In this document: positions 13,482 to 26,870 of the stretch, in pieces | Position numbering within the stretch: position 1 is the first letter of the stretch | Layout: each line of letters begins with the position of its first letter | Origin: Anolis carolinensis | Lineage: Eukaryota | NCBI RefSeq assembly: GCF_035594765.1 | Contig: NC_085846.1 | Span: 8,233,190 to 8,297,189 of the forward strand | Reading direction: 5' to 3' | Length of the DNA stretch: 64,000 bases | Program-made: the position numbers and the translations under genes | The notes under the pieces: generated by a model | What the model was told of the DNA's origin: nothing | The model's database searches: none | The model's input: the letters and a program-made list of their open reading frames with translations, nothing else

Positions 13482-13611
13482 GTGAGTTGCAAGCAGAGAA
13501 ACTGGGAGAGTGTGGGATTAGGGTGCTCAGGGGGTATATGTGGGCTGAGGGGGTGGATATATGGCAGGAAAGGCCTAAAGTGGCTGCAACTGTGGACTCT
13601 GTGGACAAAAC

Positions 13612-15428
13612 AAGCTCAGGCTTGCCAGAGACATTAAAAACAATAAAAAGGGCTTCTTTGCTTACGTCGGTAGGAAAAGGAAGAACAAGGAGGCGATAGG
13701 GCCTCTGTGAGGAGAAGATCGGGAAATTCTGATGGGATAGGGAACAGGCAGAACTATTTAATGCCTTCTTTGCCTCAGTCTTCTCACAAAAAGAAAGCCA
13801 GCCTCAACCTCAGCAACATGGAGTGGATGAAGGATTGGGGGAAATCCAACCCCAAATAGGGAAAGAAGTCGTCCAGGAATACCTGGCTGCTCTAAATGAA
13901 TTCAAGTCTCCAGGGCCGGATCAATTACACCCAAGAGTATTGAAGGAACTAGCGGAAGTTATTTTGGAACCACTAGCAATCATTTTTGAGAGTTCTTGGA
14001 GAACGGGAGAAGTCCCAGCAGATTGGAGGAGGGTAAATGTGGTCCCTATCTTCAAGAAGGGAAAAAAGAACAACCCAAACAATTACCGTCCGGTTAGCCT
14101 CACGTTGATACCTGGCAAGATTCTGGAAAAGATAATTAAGGAAGTGGTCTTCAAACACTTAGAAACAAATGAGGTCATTGCTAATAGTCAACATGGATTT
14201 ACCAAAAACAAGTCATGCCAGACTAATCTGATCTCTTTTTTGATAAAGTTACAAGCTGGGTAGATGCAGGGAATGCCGTGGATGTAGCGTACCTGGATTT
14301 CAGTAAGGCCTTCGACAAGGTCCCCGACAACCTTCTGGCAAACAAGTTAGTCAAATGTGGGCTAGGCAAAACTACGGTTAGGTGGATCTGTAATTGGCTA
14401 AGCGAACGAACACAAAAGGTGCTCACGAATGCATCTTCTTCATCTTGGAAAGAAGTCACGAGTGGAGTGCCGCAGGGTTCCGTCCTGGGTCCGGTTCTGT
14501 TCAACATCTTTATTAATGACTTAGACAAATGGTTAGAAGGCACGATCATCAAGTTTGCAGATGACACCAAACTGGGAGGGATAGCTAACACTCCAGAAGA
14601 CAGGAGCAGAATCCAAAACGATCTTAACAGATTAGAGAGATGGGCCGAAACTAACAAAATGAAGTTCAATAGGGACAAATGCAAGATACTTCACTTTGGC
14701 AGAAAAAATGAAATGCAAAGATACAGAATGGGGGACGATGCCTGGCTCGACAGCAGTACGTGTGAAAAAGATCTTGGAGTCCTCATGGACAACAAGTTAA
14801 ACATGAGCCTACAATGTGATGCGGCGGTGAAAAAAGCCAATGGGATTCTGGCCTGCAGAAATAGGGGTATAGCATCTAGATCCAGGGAAGTCATGCTACC
14901 CCTCTATTCTGCCTTGGTCAGGCCACACCTGGAATGCTGTGTCCAATTCTGGGCACCACAGTTTAAGGGAGATGTTGACAAGCTGGAAAGTGTCCAGAGG
15001 AGGGTGACTAAAATGATCAAGGGACTGGAGAACAAACCCTATGAGGAGCGGCTTAAAGAGCTGGGTATGTTTAGCCTGCAGAAGAGAAGGCTGTGAGGAG
15101 ACATGATAGCCATATACAAATATGTGAGGGAGGAGGGAGCAAGCTTGTTTTCTGCTGCCCTGGAGACTAGGACGCGGAACAATGGCTTCAAACTACAGGA
15201 AAAGAGATTCCACCTGAACATCAGGAAGAACTTCCTGACTGTGAGAGCTGTTCAGCAGTGGAACTCTCTGCCCCGGACTGTGGTGGAGGCTCCTTCTTTG
15301 GAGGCTTTTAAGCAGAGGCTGGATGGCCATCTGTCAGGGGTGCTTTGAATGAGATTTTCCTGCATCTTGCAGGGGGTTGGACTGGATGGCCCATGAGGTC
15401 TCTTCCAACTCTATGATTCTATGATTCT
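13612..15428 (+). mobile_element. 5'-truncated CR1 LINE (ORF2 reverse transcriptase region) in SLC7A8 intron 8
   Basis: ORF pieces 13823-14263, 14278-15096 and 15103-15348 contain [33 protein letters not shown] and KFADD. Ends in the CR1 (ATTCTATG)n tail. One frameshift near 14240 and a few stops. Confidence 0.95.
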
Positions 15429-15551
15429 GGGAAAGGCATTTTCAGAATAATTATTGGGCAGATGATGTCATTTTGGCAAACTAGGATGCTTAAAGTAATT
15501 CCTTTACATTTAAATGTTTCCTTATTTTCACTCTTTGCTTGTCTTTGGCAG

Positions 15552-15701
15552 TGTCTTTCAACATTGCTGATGCTGGTTACAAGTGACATATATACTCTGA
15601 TCAATTATGTGGGCTTCATCAACTACCTCTTCTATGGGGTGACTGTGGCTGGCCAAGTTGTGCTACGCTGGCGGGAACCTCACCGACCTCGTCCCATCAA
15701 G
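15552..15701 (+). CDS. SLC7A8: LAT2 exon 9
   Basis: [50 protein letters not shown]; donor AAG|GTAAAG. Confidence 0.97.
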
Positions 15702-16620
15702 GTAAAGGGCCTCTGCCACATGACCCTTGCCATCTGTTTATCAGCCCATCCTCTTCTTACACCAGTTTTGCTTTCCCCTGGGGCCATTTATGGCGGGTTA
15801 AATTATTACTGATTTAAAACAAGTTGGAAAGATTTTGAATAAGCATTCATAGTATTTATGATAATAAGTTAAACATAACTAAGTAGAGAATTATACCATT
15901 CAGGAATATAACCCTAAACTCCAGTTTTTAGTATAGTACTGTGTTTCTCCAGAAAACTGATGTTTTCTGGAGTTATAGTGATAAAGTGATTTAGTGATAT
16001 AGTGGCTGACCTAAAAATATCTTGTTTTGGCCATGTTTTGCTCCTTTAACTTGAACTTGTAAGTGTAACTTGTAACTTCAGTACAATCTTTTTGACAAAG
16101 TCATAGATACATTTTAAGAGACTGAATTGACCTATATATAGAAATACCCGTTTAACCAAAAAACAGTTAATATGACTTAAATTTTGAAAACAAAATAATT
16201 TAGGCTGCATTCCAAACACTTCAACTATGGACAGTGAGTGGGTCCTATTTTGTAGTAAGCATACTTAATATGAAATCTAATTTTCAATTTTAATAAAGAT
16301 TTGATTTGTATCCACTTGCATCCTTCATAACCTCCCTTCAATAGGGAGGTTTATCCATAGAATGGTTTATTCCCACGAGCATCTACTCTGTAAGGTCTTT
16401 CCCATCACTTGTCACCTGATCCTTATGGGTAGAGAAACTGGGGACCAAGCCTTCTGCATGTAAAGCATGAACTATACCCACTGTGATGGCTCCTCACACC
16501 TGTACCAACTAATACTGTAATAACTCCTTGCTAGACAAGAAGACCTCCCATCATCCCTTTCCCTGCATCCCTTTTTCCTACTGTTCTCACCTGGACCAAA
16601 CCCATCTCTCTCCTTCCCAG

Positions 16621-16798
16621 GTGAGCCTATTCTTCCCCATAATTTACCTGCTCTTCTGGGCCTTCCTGTTGGTGTTCAGCTTATGGTCAGAACCCGTGGT
16701 TTGTGGAATTGGTCTGGCCATCATGCTGACAGGAGTTCCTGTCTATTTCCTGGGGGTTCACTGGGAGCACAAACCACCTGCCATCCACACATTTATTG
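16621..16798 (+). CDS. SLC7A8: LAT2 exon 10
   Basis: [48 protein letters not shown]; donor G|GTGAGT. Confidence 0.97.
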
Positions 16799-16915
16799 GT
16801 GAGTAATGGGCAGACCAAGGGAAGGGCAGATGGATGAAAGTGTGTAGTTGTGCTGAGACCATAGATTTTGGTGTCTTCCTGTTAAAACCCATCTCTTTAA
16901 CCCTTCTTCTTACAG

Positions 16916-17133
16916 ATGTAGTCACTCGGGCAGGACAGAAGCTTTGTCTTGTTGTGTACCCAGAGATGGGTACAGAGCAACCAGAAAACAGCCTCAGTAA
17001 AGAGACCAAAGAGCAACTTGAGCCAATGTGTGGAACGGAACCCCTCAGCACTGAGCCACTTTACTCCCAGGGAGGGGAGGAGCAGCAGCCAGCCACGGAC
17101 TGCACAGTACCTCCTCTGTTGGGTTTGAAATGA
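16916..17133 (+). CDS. SLC7A8: LAT2 exon 11 (last coding exon); total CDS 1635 nt = 544 aa
   Basis: ttacag|AT; QKLCLVVYPE then an acidic tail; TGA at 17131-17133. All 11 exon phases join in frame. Confidence 0.93.
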
Positions 17134-17506
17134 ATTGGAGCACCTTGCTCCCACTTTGCTCTTTGCAGCACCACATCCTGGGACTGGAATGGCTGTGAAT
17201 GCCTCACTGTCACCCCTTTCCTTCCAATGGCAAAGCCTTGCTGGGTCTGGTGAACCTACACCCGCCATTCCCCACCTTCAGTGCCCTTTGCTGGAGCTGG
17301 AAAAAAAAACCGGGAGCTTTCTTCACAGCCCGCAGTCCCACAGTCAGGTCCCCCCACACCCTGCTGGAAGGGGCTCCCTTGTTGTTGCCTTATATTGCTG
17401 GGAATATTTTCATTCATTTTGAACCTCATTGAGAGGGAAAGTCAGTCTCTCTCAGTTTTTGTGTCCTTGTATTTTTCACTTCTCTCTTTTTCTCTTTTTT
17501 TGATGT

Positions 17507-17512
17507 AATAAA
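17507..17512 (+). terminator. Candidate SLC7A8 polyadenylation signal
   Basis: AATAAA overlapping ATTAAA, after a U-rich stretch about 375 nt past the stop. Confidence 0.55.
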
Positions 17513-19793
17513 TTAAACTCAACTTGCCCCGTCTGTTGCCTTAAATGCAGGATTGAGGATGCTGAAACATTATTCAGGACACACAGAAGTCCAGGCTTGC
17601 TAAGACAACAACCACTTTGTCAAAAATTGCACTACTGCTTTTATGGAAACTGTCATACATTACCGCGTGCAGTTTTTCAAAATCACAAATCCTCCCTGTC
17701 AACAAATGTCTAGAAAATAGCAGCAAGAGTTTGTTATGTTTTTTTCTTGATATTAACTTACACAGGAACAACAGCCATTGTGTCCACTGAGAAAATGCTG
17801 GTGTTATGTATTAATCCCAGTATTCTGATAGCAGTAGGTGGGATATGAAAATTAACATATTGTGAATGGACCAGTTTGCCTTTGACCTTTAAGAATGTAA
17901 GAAAACGATAGCAGGAAGGGAATAGGTGTTCCTCTAGATTTCATAAACATCTGTTGTTTCCTTCAGTAGTAGCTACTTTGGCTACTGGTGAGGTATGATG
18001 GAAACAGGAACAGCCAAAAACATTCTAAGTGCAGCCAGTCTTCAGACTGATATACACACTACAGCCATTATGGCACAGGTTGTCTTATTTTCAGTTTCTT
18101 TCCTGATCATAGAGTACATGGAATGTATCTTTTTCACTTACAGGTTAGATATAACAATGCATCAGACGTTTCCAAAGCTTTAGGCACAGAATTCAAAAAC
18201 ACTTCAGGGTAAAAAGCATGGCAGAAGTGAAGGGGGAAAGTTTGTCAGACTGGTTCTGCAGGTAGAAGCCACCCCCATCAGGATAAGCTATAGTACCACA
18301 AAGTGCACACACCTCCAATTGCACACCATATTGCAATTGCGAGAGAAAAAAATGAAATAACAGTCATATAAGTTTCTAAGGAAATCTAGGACATAAGGGT
18401 AGAAATACTTCAACAAATAGTTTAGAGAATGTGTTGTATACTAAGGGCGTCAGGCATTCCAGTAAAGATTGAAGTTTTCCGGCTTAAAGGCCACACTCAT
18501 TATTATTATTTTAATTTTACATAAACCCAGATTCTATAATGCGAAAAAATTGTGTGTAAAGCTTGAATATGGTTAATGGATATGGCTTGTTAAACATTCA
18601 TTAATGTGTTAAAATTAGTTCCTGTTTGGGGAATGATATGTTACTAACTTTTTAAAAAACCTGTAAGATATCCAAATGATTAAAATAGCTTCAAGTGCCC
18701 CAAATTACTTTAAAATAACATTTTGTGGAACAGTTTTATATTTATACTAAAATCCGGAACACATTTGTATTGAGATGCAAACAAAGGTGTCATTGTTATG
18801 CTCTTATTAGGAGAAAAAGTAACATGTTTCAAGTCTTGTTGCTGCTTGAAGCATGTTATTTTCAAATTGTCTGGTTAGTTAAGAATCCATCAGTAGATTC
18901 TTTGACTTTAAATGCATCACTTTACATTCAATCTCATTTACCTTTGAATCGCTTTTTCATTTAGTTTGAAATCCTCACATATTTGAGATTTCACTACTTG
19001 GAATAACCAGATGTCTTCCTGAGATGACAACTATAATGAAACCATTCTTTTCTCACAAGAAAGTGGGATGCATACTTTTGTAAGCTATATAATTAAAATT
19101 ACAGTCTTGCCAAAAACCACTCCAAAACTTAGATTCTCATAAAAGTATTAGAAGGAGGAGAAGATGGAGCAAAGGTCCTATTTGATGACAAGGGGCATGG
19201 TGTTTTTAATAGCCAGCACAAAACTAAGGCCCACAAATGGTACATTAGGAAGTCATTGTGGGAGGACTTCTAGCAGTTGTGCTGTCTGGTTTGTAAGGGC
19301 TCTTGGCCATCAAAGGAAGAATTTAGACCGGCAAGATCCATATCCACACCTACAGGATTGAAAGCCCTAAAAATGGAGAGACCAGTCTTTGTGGAACTGG
19401 CTAGAGTAAGTGTAGGAAACCGCAAGGCCTGGGGTTGAGAATGACCCTCAGTAGTTCCCCAGTGGGAACATTCCTTTCATGGGATATTGACGTTTGGTTG
19501 ATTCCCATCATCTATTCAGGCTTCTTTCTCAGCTGAAAGTAATTTGCTGGAAAAGCATTAATCTAAAATATGCTTCTCCTGTCCTTTTGCTTGACCCACC
19601 ACTGGAATTATGGAGATCTTTTCTGAAATAGAATTGGGCCTTCATCTGAAAAGAGGGGTAAGATTGTGTGTGGAGTTGAAAAGAAAAAGGTTCAAATCCC
19701 ATCTTAACCTCATGTTCCCTTGGGCCAGTGACCATTGATTACCCTAAACTTACCTGCCAGGCTTTTTGTGAGACTGAGGAGAGAAGTACTATA

Positions 19794-20068
19794 CAGTGTT
19801 CCCTCACTTATCGTGGGGGTTAGGTTCCAGGACCACCCGCAATAAGTGAAGGTAGGAACACTATATTTATTTTAATATTTATACATTATTTTAGCAGTTA
19901 TACACTATTTTAAGTCTTTATCAATTGTGTGTTGATAAATAGCCTCCTTCTCCTCCCATTGCCGCTTGGGCTCCTTCTCTCCCGTTGGAGATTTATGATT
20001 TATAATAGTTTTTTAGAGTTTATTGAAAAACTGTGAAAAGTGAACCGTGAAGTAGTGAGGGAACACTG
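19794..20068. mobile_element. Tc1/mariner (Tigger-like) MITE
   Basis: TIRs CAGTGTTCCCTCAC ... GTGAGGGAACACTG with TA on both sides. Confidence 0.8.
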
Positions 20069-21509
20069 TATTTGAGATTTCTGGAAAAAGTGCAGTAATA
20101 AACACAGTGAAAATCAGAATGGCAGATCATCCTGACACAGGTTGTCTATTGGCCTTCATTCTCCGTTTTAGTCAATTGACAAGATATGAGTGGATGTTGG
20201 TGTTGGCTGACCTACGTAAGGTGTTGAGCTCAATGCCCCAAATAGGTTCAGCACTCTGGATAGCTCCTTTAAAGTCCAGACTAAAAAACAATGTGGATTC
20301 ACCACTCTCTAAGCGGATGTCTATGACTTAATTCACAAATCAAGTGTAAGGAGATAGTCTTGGCCTTTACTGAGAAGATTTTAAGCCCTTCAACTGCCTT
20401 TCCACTATCAGAACAAAAAAAAAAAAACACAGCAAAGCGTTCCCTTCTTTTCTCTTCTCCAAATATTTCTGATTCTTGCTTGCTTATAATCTATACATCA
20501 GTAATATGTTTGGCTTCAGAGCATCCTCTGCTGGTGCCAAAAGACAATACAAGGAACTCGGTTGCATTTTTTAATTCCATCAGCCTCACTCTGGTTCCTG
20601 CGTGGCCCAAGGATTAAGGAAGTAAAGCTGGGATGGCACAGCTCAGAAAAATTGCTTTTCTGGGCTAAAATTTCCTAAATGTCCAAGGGATTCTGGGAGG
20701 TACAGTTCCAATAAATATTTCCCTTCAGAAAATGCCCTTTCAAGGCCTCAAAGTTTATTGTAATGTTTACCGCCATGGAGAAGGACAAATATTTGTAGGT
20801 TTTTGTCCCTGAGAGCAAAATAACTAGAGTTGAGCTTGATACACCAGCGTGGATGAGGATGGTTGTCTGGTCTTCCGCAGGCAAAATATTTTAGACCCAG
20901 CTCTTGAGAAGAAAAGATTTTATAGGTGCTTTTAAGCATCCTCTCTAGCAGTTGCAGGGAATAGGATCTAGAGGAGGGTGACCAACATGATCAAAGATGT
21001 GGAAACCAAGTTTTCCAAGGAATAACTTTGGGAGCAGGACACTTTTAGGTTGAAAAACTGGAAGTGATACAATAGTCAATAGAAGATTGAGAAAGTTTGA
21101 ATCCTGCTCTTCAAGAGACCAGAACACAAACCAATGGTTTCCAATTACAAGAAAAAAATTCACCCAAAACTATACTGTAAAAGGTACTTGTGTTGGAGAG
21201 TGGTGGAGTCTCATCTTTGAAGATCTTTAAACAGAGGTTGAATGGGCATCTTTCAGGAAAACTTTAGTTATATATTCCTGCAGGGCAGAGGTCTGGACTA
21301 GATGACTCTAGTGGTGTCTTCCAACCCCAAAATTATATGATTTTCATGCCCATAATTTCTCACCTTTGGCTATGGTGGCCTGAAGCTGTAGACCAAAAAG
21401 ATCTTAAGAGCTGCATGTTCTCACCCCCTGTTTTAGACATGTTGAATTACGGTTGGACAGAAGATATGGTTTATGCTGAGCGATAAGTTTTTCATACTGG
21501 GATCCTGGG

Positions 21510-21993
21510 TGGAAATAGGAATGAAGACATTTCCTGGGTGAACTAGGCTAAAAATGCCAAAAGCAGGAGCCAAGGTACACCTCAGAAAGAGGAAGGAAGG
21601 GGGAGGGAGGCAAAGGAGGGAAGGAAGAAGATGAAGAGAAAGAGGGAACAAGGCTCAAACGGAGACAGAGGAGAAAGCAGGAAAGATAGAAAGGGTGCAG
21701 AAAAGGGGGAAAGGGACAGAAATTTTTAAAAAGAAAAGACGAGTGAAATCGTTCATCTGAGAGAACGAGCAACCAAGAAAAACAAAGGAGAACAAATCAG
21801 GATCAAAACGAAGTGTAAGAACGAAATCAGGTGAACCTGAAGTGCTACAAAAGAAGAAACAGAGGATTAAAAAACAGAACCTGGGAGAGGAGAGTTAAAA
21901 TACACACCGGCACTAAACAAGTACGTGAGTGCCAGTGGTTGTCCAAGGAGAGAAAGAAAAACATCAAGGAACTGGGAATTGCAGATCAGTGCC
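21510..21993 (+). promoter_or_regulatory. Purine-rich CEBPE promoter / 5' leader with multiple GGAA (ETS-type) cores
   Basis: Strongly A/G-biased stretch with repeated GGAA immediately 5' of the ATG. Mammalian CEBPE promoters are described as TATA-less, purine-rich and ETS-site rich. Confidence 0.45.
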
Positions 21994-22419
21994 ATGTCCC
22001 AAGGAGGATATTTTGAGAACGAGCGGCATTACCAAGCCCTGGAAGTACCTCCTGCTAGGCCCTCTGGTTCCGACCTGGGCCCAATTTGTGAGTCTGAATT
22101 GGCTTCATACATCGGAGATGAACAGCTGCTCTCAGAATTGCTGCAAGGGGCTCAGCACAGAGGCCCCAAAGGCACCCCATTTCCCAACTACTTCCCCATG
22201 GAGCCGTACCCTTTCCTCTCTTATGGAGGGGAGCGTAAGGGCCTGGGACCCTTAGACCCACGTTCTGTCGCTGTCAAGGAGGAGCCGCGAGGAAGCGAAG
22301 CTGGACGGGTGGGTGGACGCCACCCATACAATGCCATGCACTTCCCAGGTGCCCACTGTGCCCAAGTGGCCCTTGGACAGCCAGGCGGGCGTGCCGGACA
22401 AACTCTGAGAGTGCTCAAG
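21994..22419 (+). CDS. CEBPE: CCAAT/enhancer-binding protein epsilon, exon 1 (transactivation region)
   Basis: gccATG; MSQGGYFE...LASYIGDEQLLSELL...AVKEEPRG (SUMO motif)...AHCAQ...LRVLK; donor AAG|GTAAGA, phase 0. Confidence 0.93.
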
Positions 22420-22872
22420 GTAAGAAGATCAAATGTTCCTCAGCCACCATTGCCCTTGGAGGCTGTGCTAATCTAGAATGTATGACACACCATGAAGTCC
22501 TGATCCATATTTATGGTTCAGTCCATACTGCCCCCCCCCCCCCCAGCTTGCATATATAGGCAAACCCCAAGTTATGAACAAGATAGGTTCTCTTGTATTC
22601 AAGTTGGTATAGGTACTTTTTAAAGTGTAACTCCAGCTATATACACACATGAATGCTTTGGATCGCATAGGGAAGGAAGGGTTAACGCCCCATAGTGTTT
22701 GTTTGGCTGTCTGTGCCTTGTTCAGAAGATTTCACCTCACTTTCTACCCCTGTGATAATTTTGAAAAATTTGTCTTATTGTGGAAACAAGGATTAGTGAG
22801 AAAGCTTCAGTGGAGACATCTTTTCCTCATGATAACTCTTTCAGGAGTTAATTTCCCTTGGGGACTCTATAT

Positions 22873-23066
22873 CAGGCATGGGCATACTTGGGCCCTCTGG
22901 GTGTTTTGGACTTCAACTCCCACCATTCCTAACAGTCTCAGGCCCCTTCCTTTTCCCCCTCAGCCGCTTAAGCAGCTGAGGGGGAAAAGGAAGGGGCCTG
23001 AGGCTGTTAGGAATGGTGGGAGTTGAAGTCCAAAACGCCTGGAGGGCCCAAGTTTGCCCATGCCTG
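22873..23066. mobile_element. Palindromic hAT-type MITE
   Basis: CAGGCATGGGCA...TGCCCATGCCTG near-perfect fold-back; imperfect 8-bp TSD (CTCTATAT/GTCTAGAT). Confidence 0.8.
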
Positions 23067-24499
23067 GTCTAGATACACACAATGTTCCACAGGATATAAT
23101 GAGGTCCCTGCCCTAAGGGACTTGCCAACTATAATCTAACACAGGAGAGACAAAGGGGAAAGGGAAGGAAATGGACACCGGGGCAGATGGGAAGAAGATG
23201 TGGTTTATTCTGTTGCAAGTACTCCATCTTAATTACAATATACTAAAATATGGCTTCAGGACCACATATGGCCCTTGAAGGCTCTTTTCAGCCCTTCATC
23301 CAACCAAACTAGACCTGCTTTTTGCTGCCTGGGAAAAGTTGAAAATTCGTTCCCTCTCCTGGAAGCTCCAATAGTCACAATCCTTTTTTTATACCGTCTG
23401 TGGTCAGCATTATTCAACATTATTATTATTTTTTTCAAAACCAGAAGTGGGCTGCTTATGTTGCTATTGACAGTCTATGTTGCCCATGGAGAGTCCCAGT
23501 TAAAGAAAACTGGCTTTATATTTGGCATGCTCATGTTTGAAGTAAGGGGATAGCTCAGGGTTTGGGCCAATGTTTTGTGGAAAAGGTCAGGCTTTAGGAA
23601 GGGGTTGAAAGAAGAGAGACAGCTCCTCCTTATAACATTTACCACATCTCCAAATTCATTCCCTCCTCTCAGAATTGGCCTCCTCTAATTTCGACCCAAC
23701 TTATTCAATTCTTACAGCATCATTTTGTGTTTCTTAAATGTGAGCAATCCCATCTTAAACTAGGACCACAATGGTCCTTTAACTGTCCTCATCCACCCTA
23801 CACGTATATGACCAGAAACTTCCAGAATTTGGAGATGTTATTTTGTCCATATTGGCTCAGTAAATCTGGAAGTTGCAATCCAAAAAAACTGATATTTCAA
23901 GGTTTCAGTAGGACACAGTGAGTGAGAAGCCTAACTCAAAACAGAGGAGAAAAGTCTTAGTTTTTGCGAGGACCAACTAAAGCAACATTTAACCAGTATT
24001 AATTACACCCTTCTCTGCTTATTGGAATATTGCATGGGTGCTAAGGCAGTTATATTTCTGAATATTTATAGCATTATAGGTATTGCAAGAAAAAAAGATG
24101 GAAAAATGGGATTGTGCTACAATTGACAACACGTTTGCACTGGAAAAGTCTGGGATTGGTGAGAATGACGTAAAACTCATGGAATGTTTTAAAATTATTT
24201 TTAGACAAATTAATACAAAACCTATATACCAATGTACAAACAAACACAAACAAAGTTAAAATACTTTTTCTAGAATTAAAGATAACCTATTACTACCTCT
24301 ATATGCTATACATCATAAAACATTAACTACATACAATCTATATTATCTAAGGGCTTTACATCATGTCTGATAATTATATTCTCTTAATTCTAGACCAATT
24401 GCATACACACAAACACACAAATACACACACACACACAAACAATATTTATCATGTCAGAAGTGAACCAAGGGTACAAGTTGTAATGTATTAGAAAAACAC

Positions 24500-24770
24500 T
24501 GTTTATTTTTTAAATTCCCACATAATAACACCCTTCTAGTCCCAAAAACCAGTGAGAGAGGTTTTACTCTATCTTTGCAGGAGGAATACAATGAATGGGC
24601 CCCAGTCTTTCTTAAAGTTAGTTAGAGATCTTCCCTTGATCAACATAGTAAGTTTATCAATTTCTGCAAATTCACTTATTTTCATAAGCAAAAATCATTT
24701 TGTTTCAGAATTGTTGAGTCTTTTCATCTTTGAGGATAGATCATTCTTGCTGCTGGTGTCATGTATAGCA
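24500..24770 (-). mobile_element. L1/Tx1-like LINE ORF2 C-terminal remnant
   Basis: Minus-strand translation ...AEIDKLTMLIKGRSLTNFKKDWGPFIVFL resembles squamate L1 ORF2 C-termini. Confidence 0.45.
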
Positions 24771-25355
24771 ATAACCTTCCACATTTTGGTGTCATGTATA
24801 CCAGTAACCTTCCACATTATGCAAGGCTTAGAAACTCCCTTTCTGGCTGGAAGAGGCTAACAAAGAACTTCTCAAGAGGTATTTTAATGCACTTTAGCTT
24901 CCCACAAGAGGAGGAAGACCTTACTATCAATCAATTTCTCCAGGACTGAGGCAAATCCTTCCCTCCAACAGACACAAAAACAGATCAATCGATTACACAA
25001 GAGATATTGCAGGGTTGGGCTTTGCTTTGACATCATAATAATCTATACAAAGAAAACAGGAGTAGAAGAGATCCAAACTGCTGAGCTCAAAAGAAGAGAC
25101 CTTAGGTACCACATGATAATTCATTACAGAATGCAGAACTTGAGAAAGGTGGTTGGGGAACTTTCCCAAGCTCTGATACAAAGTAAGATGCTTTAGTCCA
25201 ACTGGCTCACTGTACACTTCATGCAGAAGGACATTAATTCACAAACAGAGCCCCATTACTTCTTAAATATGAGTTAAAGTTGTTTATGTAGGTGCATTAA
25301 ATTTGGTTTCTTCTTATAGGACTAATTATAGGACAGGTTTTACATTAGCCGTGAA

Positions 25356-25664
25356 GGGCCCCTGGTGGAATAGTGTGTTAAAGTGCTGAGCTGTTGAACT
25401 TGCAGACCAAAAGGTCCCAGGTTCAAATCCCGGGAGTGGAGTGAACGCCCACTGTTAGCCCCAGCTCCTGCCAACCTAGCAGTTCGAAAACATGCAAATG
25501 TGAGTAGATCAATAGATACTGCTCTGGCGGGAAGGTAACGGCGCTCCATGCAGTCATGCATGATGTCTATGGACAACGCCAGCTCTTCGGCCTAGAAATG
25601 GATATGAGCACCAACTTCATCCATGACTGGACTTAACATCAGGGGAAACCTTTACCTTTACTTT
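25356..25664 (+). mobile_element. Sauria SINE
   Basis: tRNA-like head (GGTTCAAATCCC B-box) and ACCTTTACCTTTAC tail. Confidence 0.85.
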
Positions 25665-25978
25665 AAGTGAAGATAAGGCATGGTACCTTTGGGTGCATCT
25701 ACATTGTGGAATTACTGTAGTTTGACACAATTTAAATAGCTATGGCTCAATGCTACGGAATACTGAGAGCTATAATTTGGCAACCTTCTTGGCCAAAGAG
25801 TGTTGGTACCCCACCATACCACAATCCTAGGATTCCCTAGCACTGATCAATGGCAGTTGAAGTGCTGTCAAACTGCATCCATTCTGCACCCTTCCTCTCT
25901 GTGAGAGTGTCCACATCATGCAGTCAGAACAGTTCAATACCAATAGAATGGTTATGGCTCCTTTTTAGGGAATCCTGG

Positions 25979-26773
25979 TGTAAGGATGTTATGAGTTAAT
26001 GGGAATTATTGATATGATTTTATTTGTTTATTAAAAGGAAAAAAGGGGAGTTATGTATTGATGAAGACAGGTCTCACATGGAAGCCAGCTGTGTTCAGCG
26101 GGTTGCCATGGCAACGTAACCTCTCTCTGGAGGAGAAGGGGGCGTGGCTTAGTTGGCAGTTAAAGCCTGTGCCTTTTGAAAAAAACAGTTGCTGTTAGAC
26201 TTCTAAGGAAGTTAGGAGCTGTGGGGAATCAGCAAAAGAGACGCTGCTCTTGGACAGTTTTAGGTAGTTAGGAAATAGAAGCTTGGTCACAAGCAGACGG
26301 CAGCTTATGGTCACTCAGGGGAAAGGCTGGGGATATAAGTTGACCGGGAGTTTTATTTACTGTTCTTTGAAGAGAAGTTATTTAAGAAATATCCATTCAA
26401 ACAAGATGGCATTGTAACTTAAGATCCTGAAACATTTATGTATTGGAACCATACGCTTATGTACAAATAAACTTGAATTTTGTTATTGTTCACAAAGATC
26501 AGTCTCCTTGCTTCACTCTGAGCCTGAGGGAAAGCCATTACCTCATGTTGGTGGCAGTTGCCATACTTTCCTATATAAGTTACCATATTTACCCATATAA
26601 GTTCATCAGTTTTGTTATCCTTCCTTACCTTCCAAATCCTCCTGATATATATATAATCCAAACATATCTTCCCTCCACATTTGAAAGACTGTTCACAACT
26701 ATTAGCAAGTGGTGGGATCAAAAAGGATTCCTCCCTGTCATATTTGCACAAATTCACACATCGCCTCTTCGCA
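25979..26773 (+). mobile_element. Solo LTR (795 bp, probably Gypsy/ERV type) in the CEBPE intron
   Basis: TG...CA termini and a perfect 5-bp TSD CCTGG (25974-25978, 26774-26778). Removing it restores the common MITE motif GGAATCCTGGGATTTATAGTTT. Contains promoter motifs and AATAAA at 26466. Confidence 0.8.
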
Positions 26774-26870
26774 CCTGGGATTTATAGTTTGGGGAACTGC
26801 TTGTCGTTCTTTGCTTCAGCTAATGCTGCTCTCTGTGCATGGCCTTCTCCTCCTCTTCTCCATGTCACAG

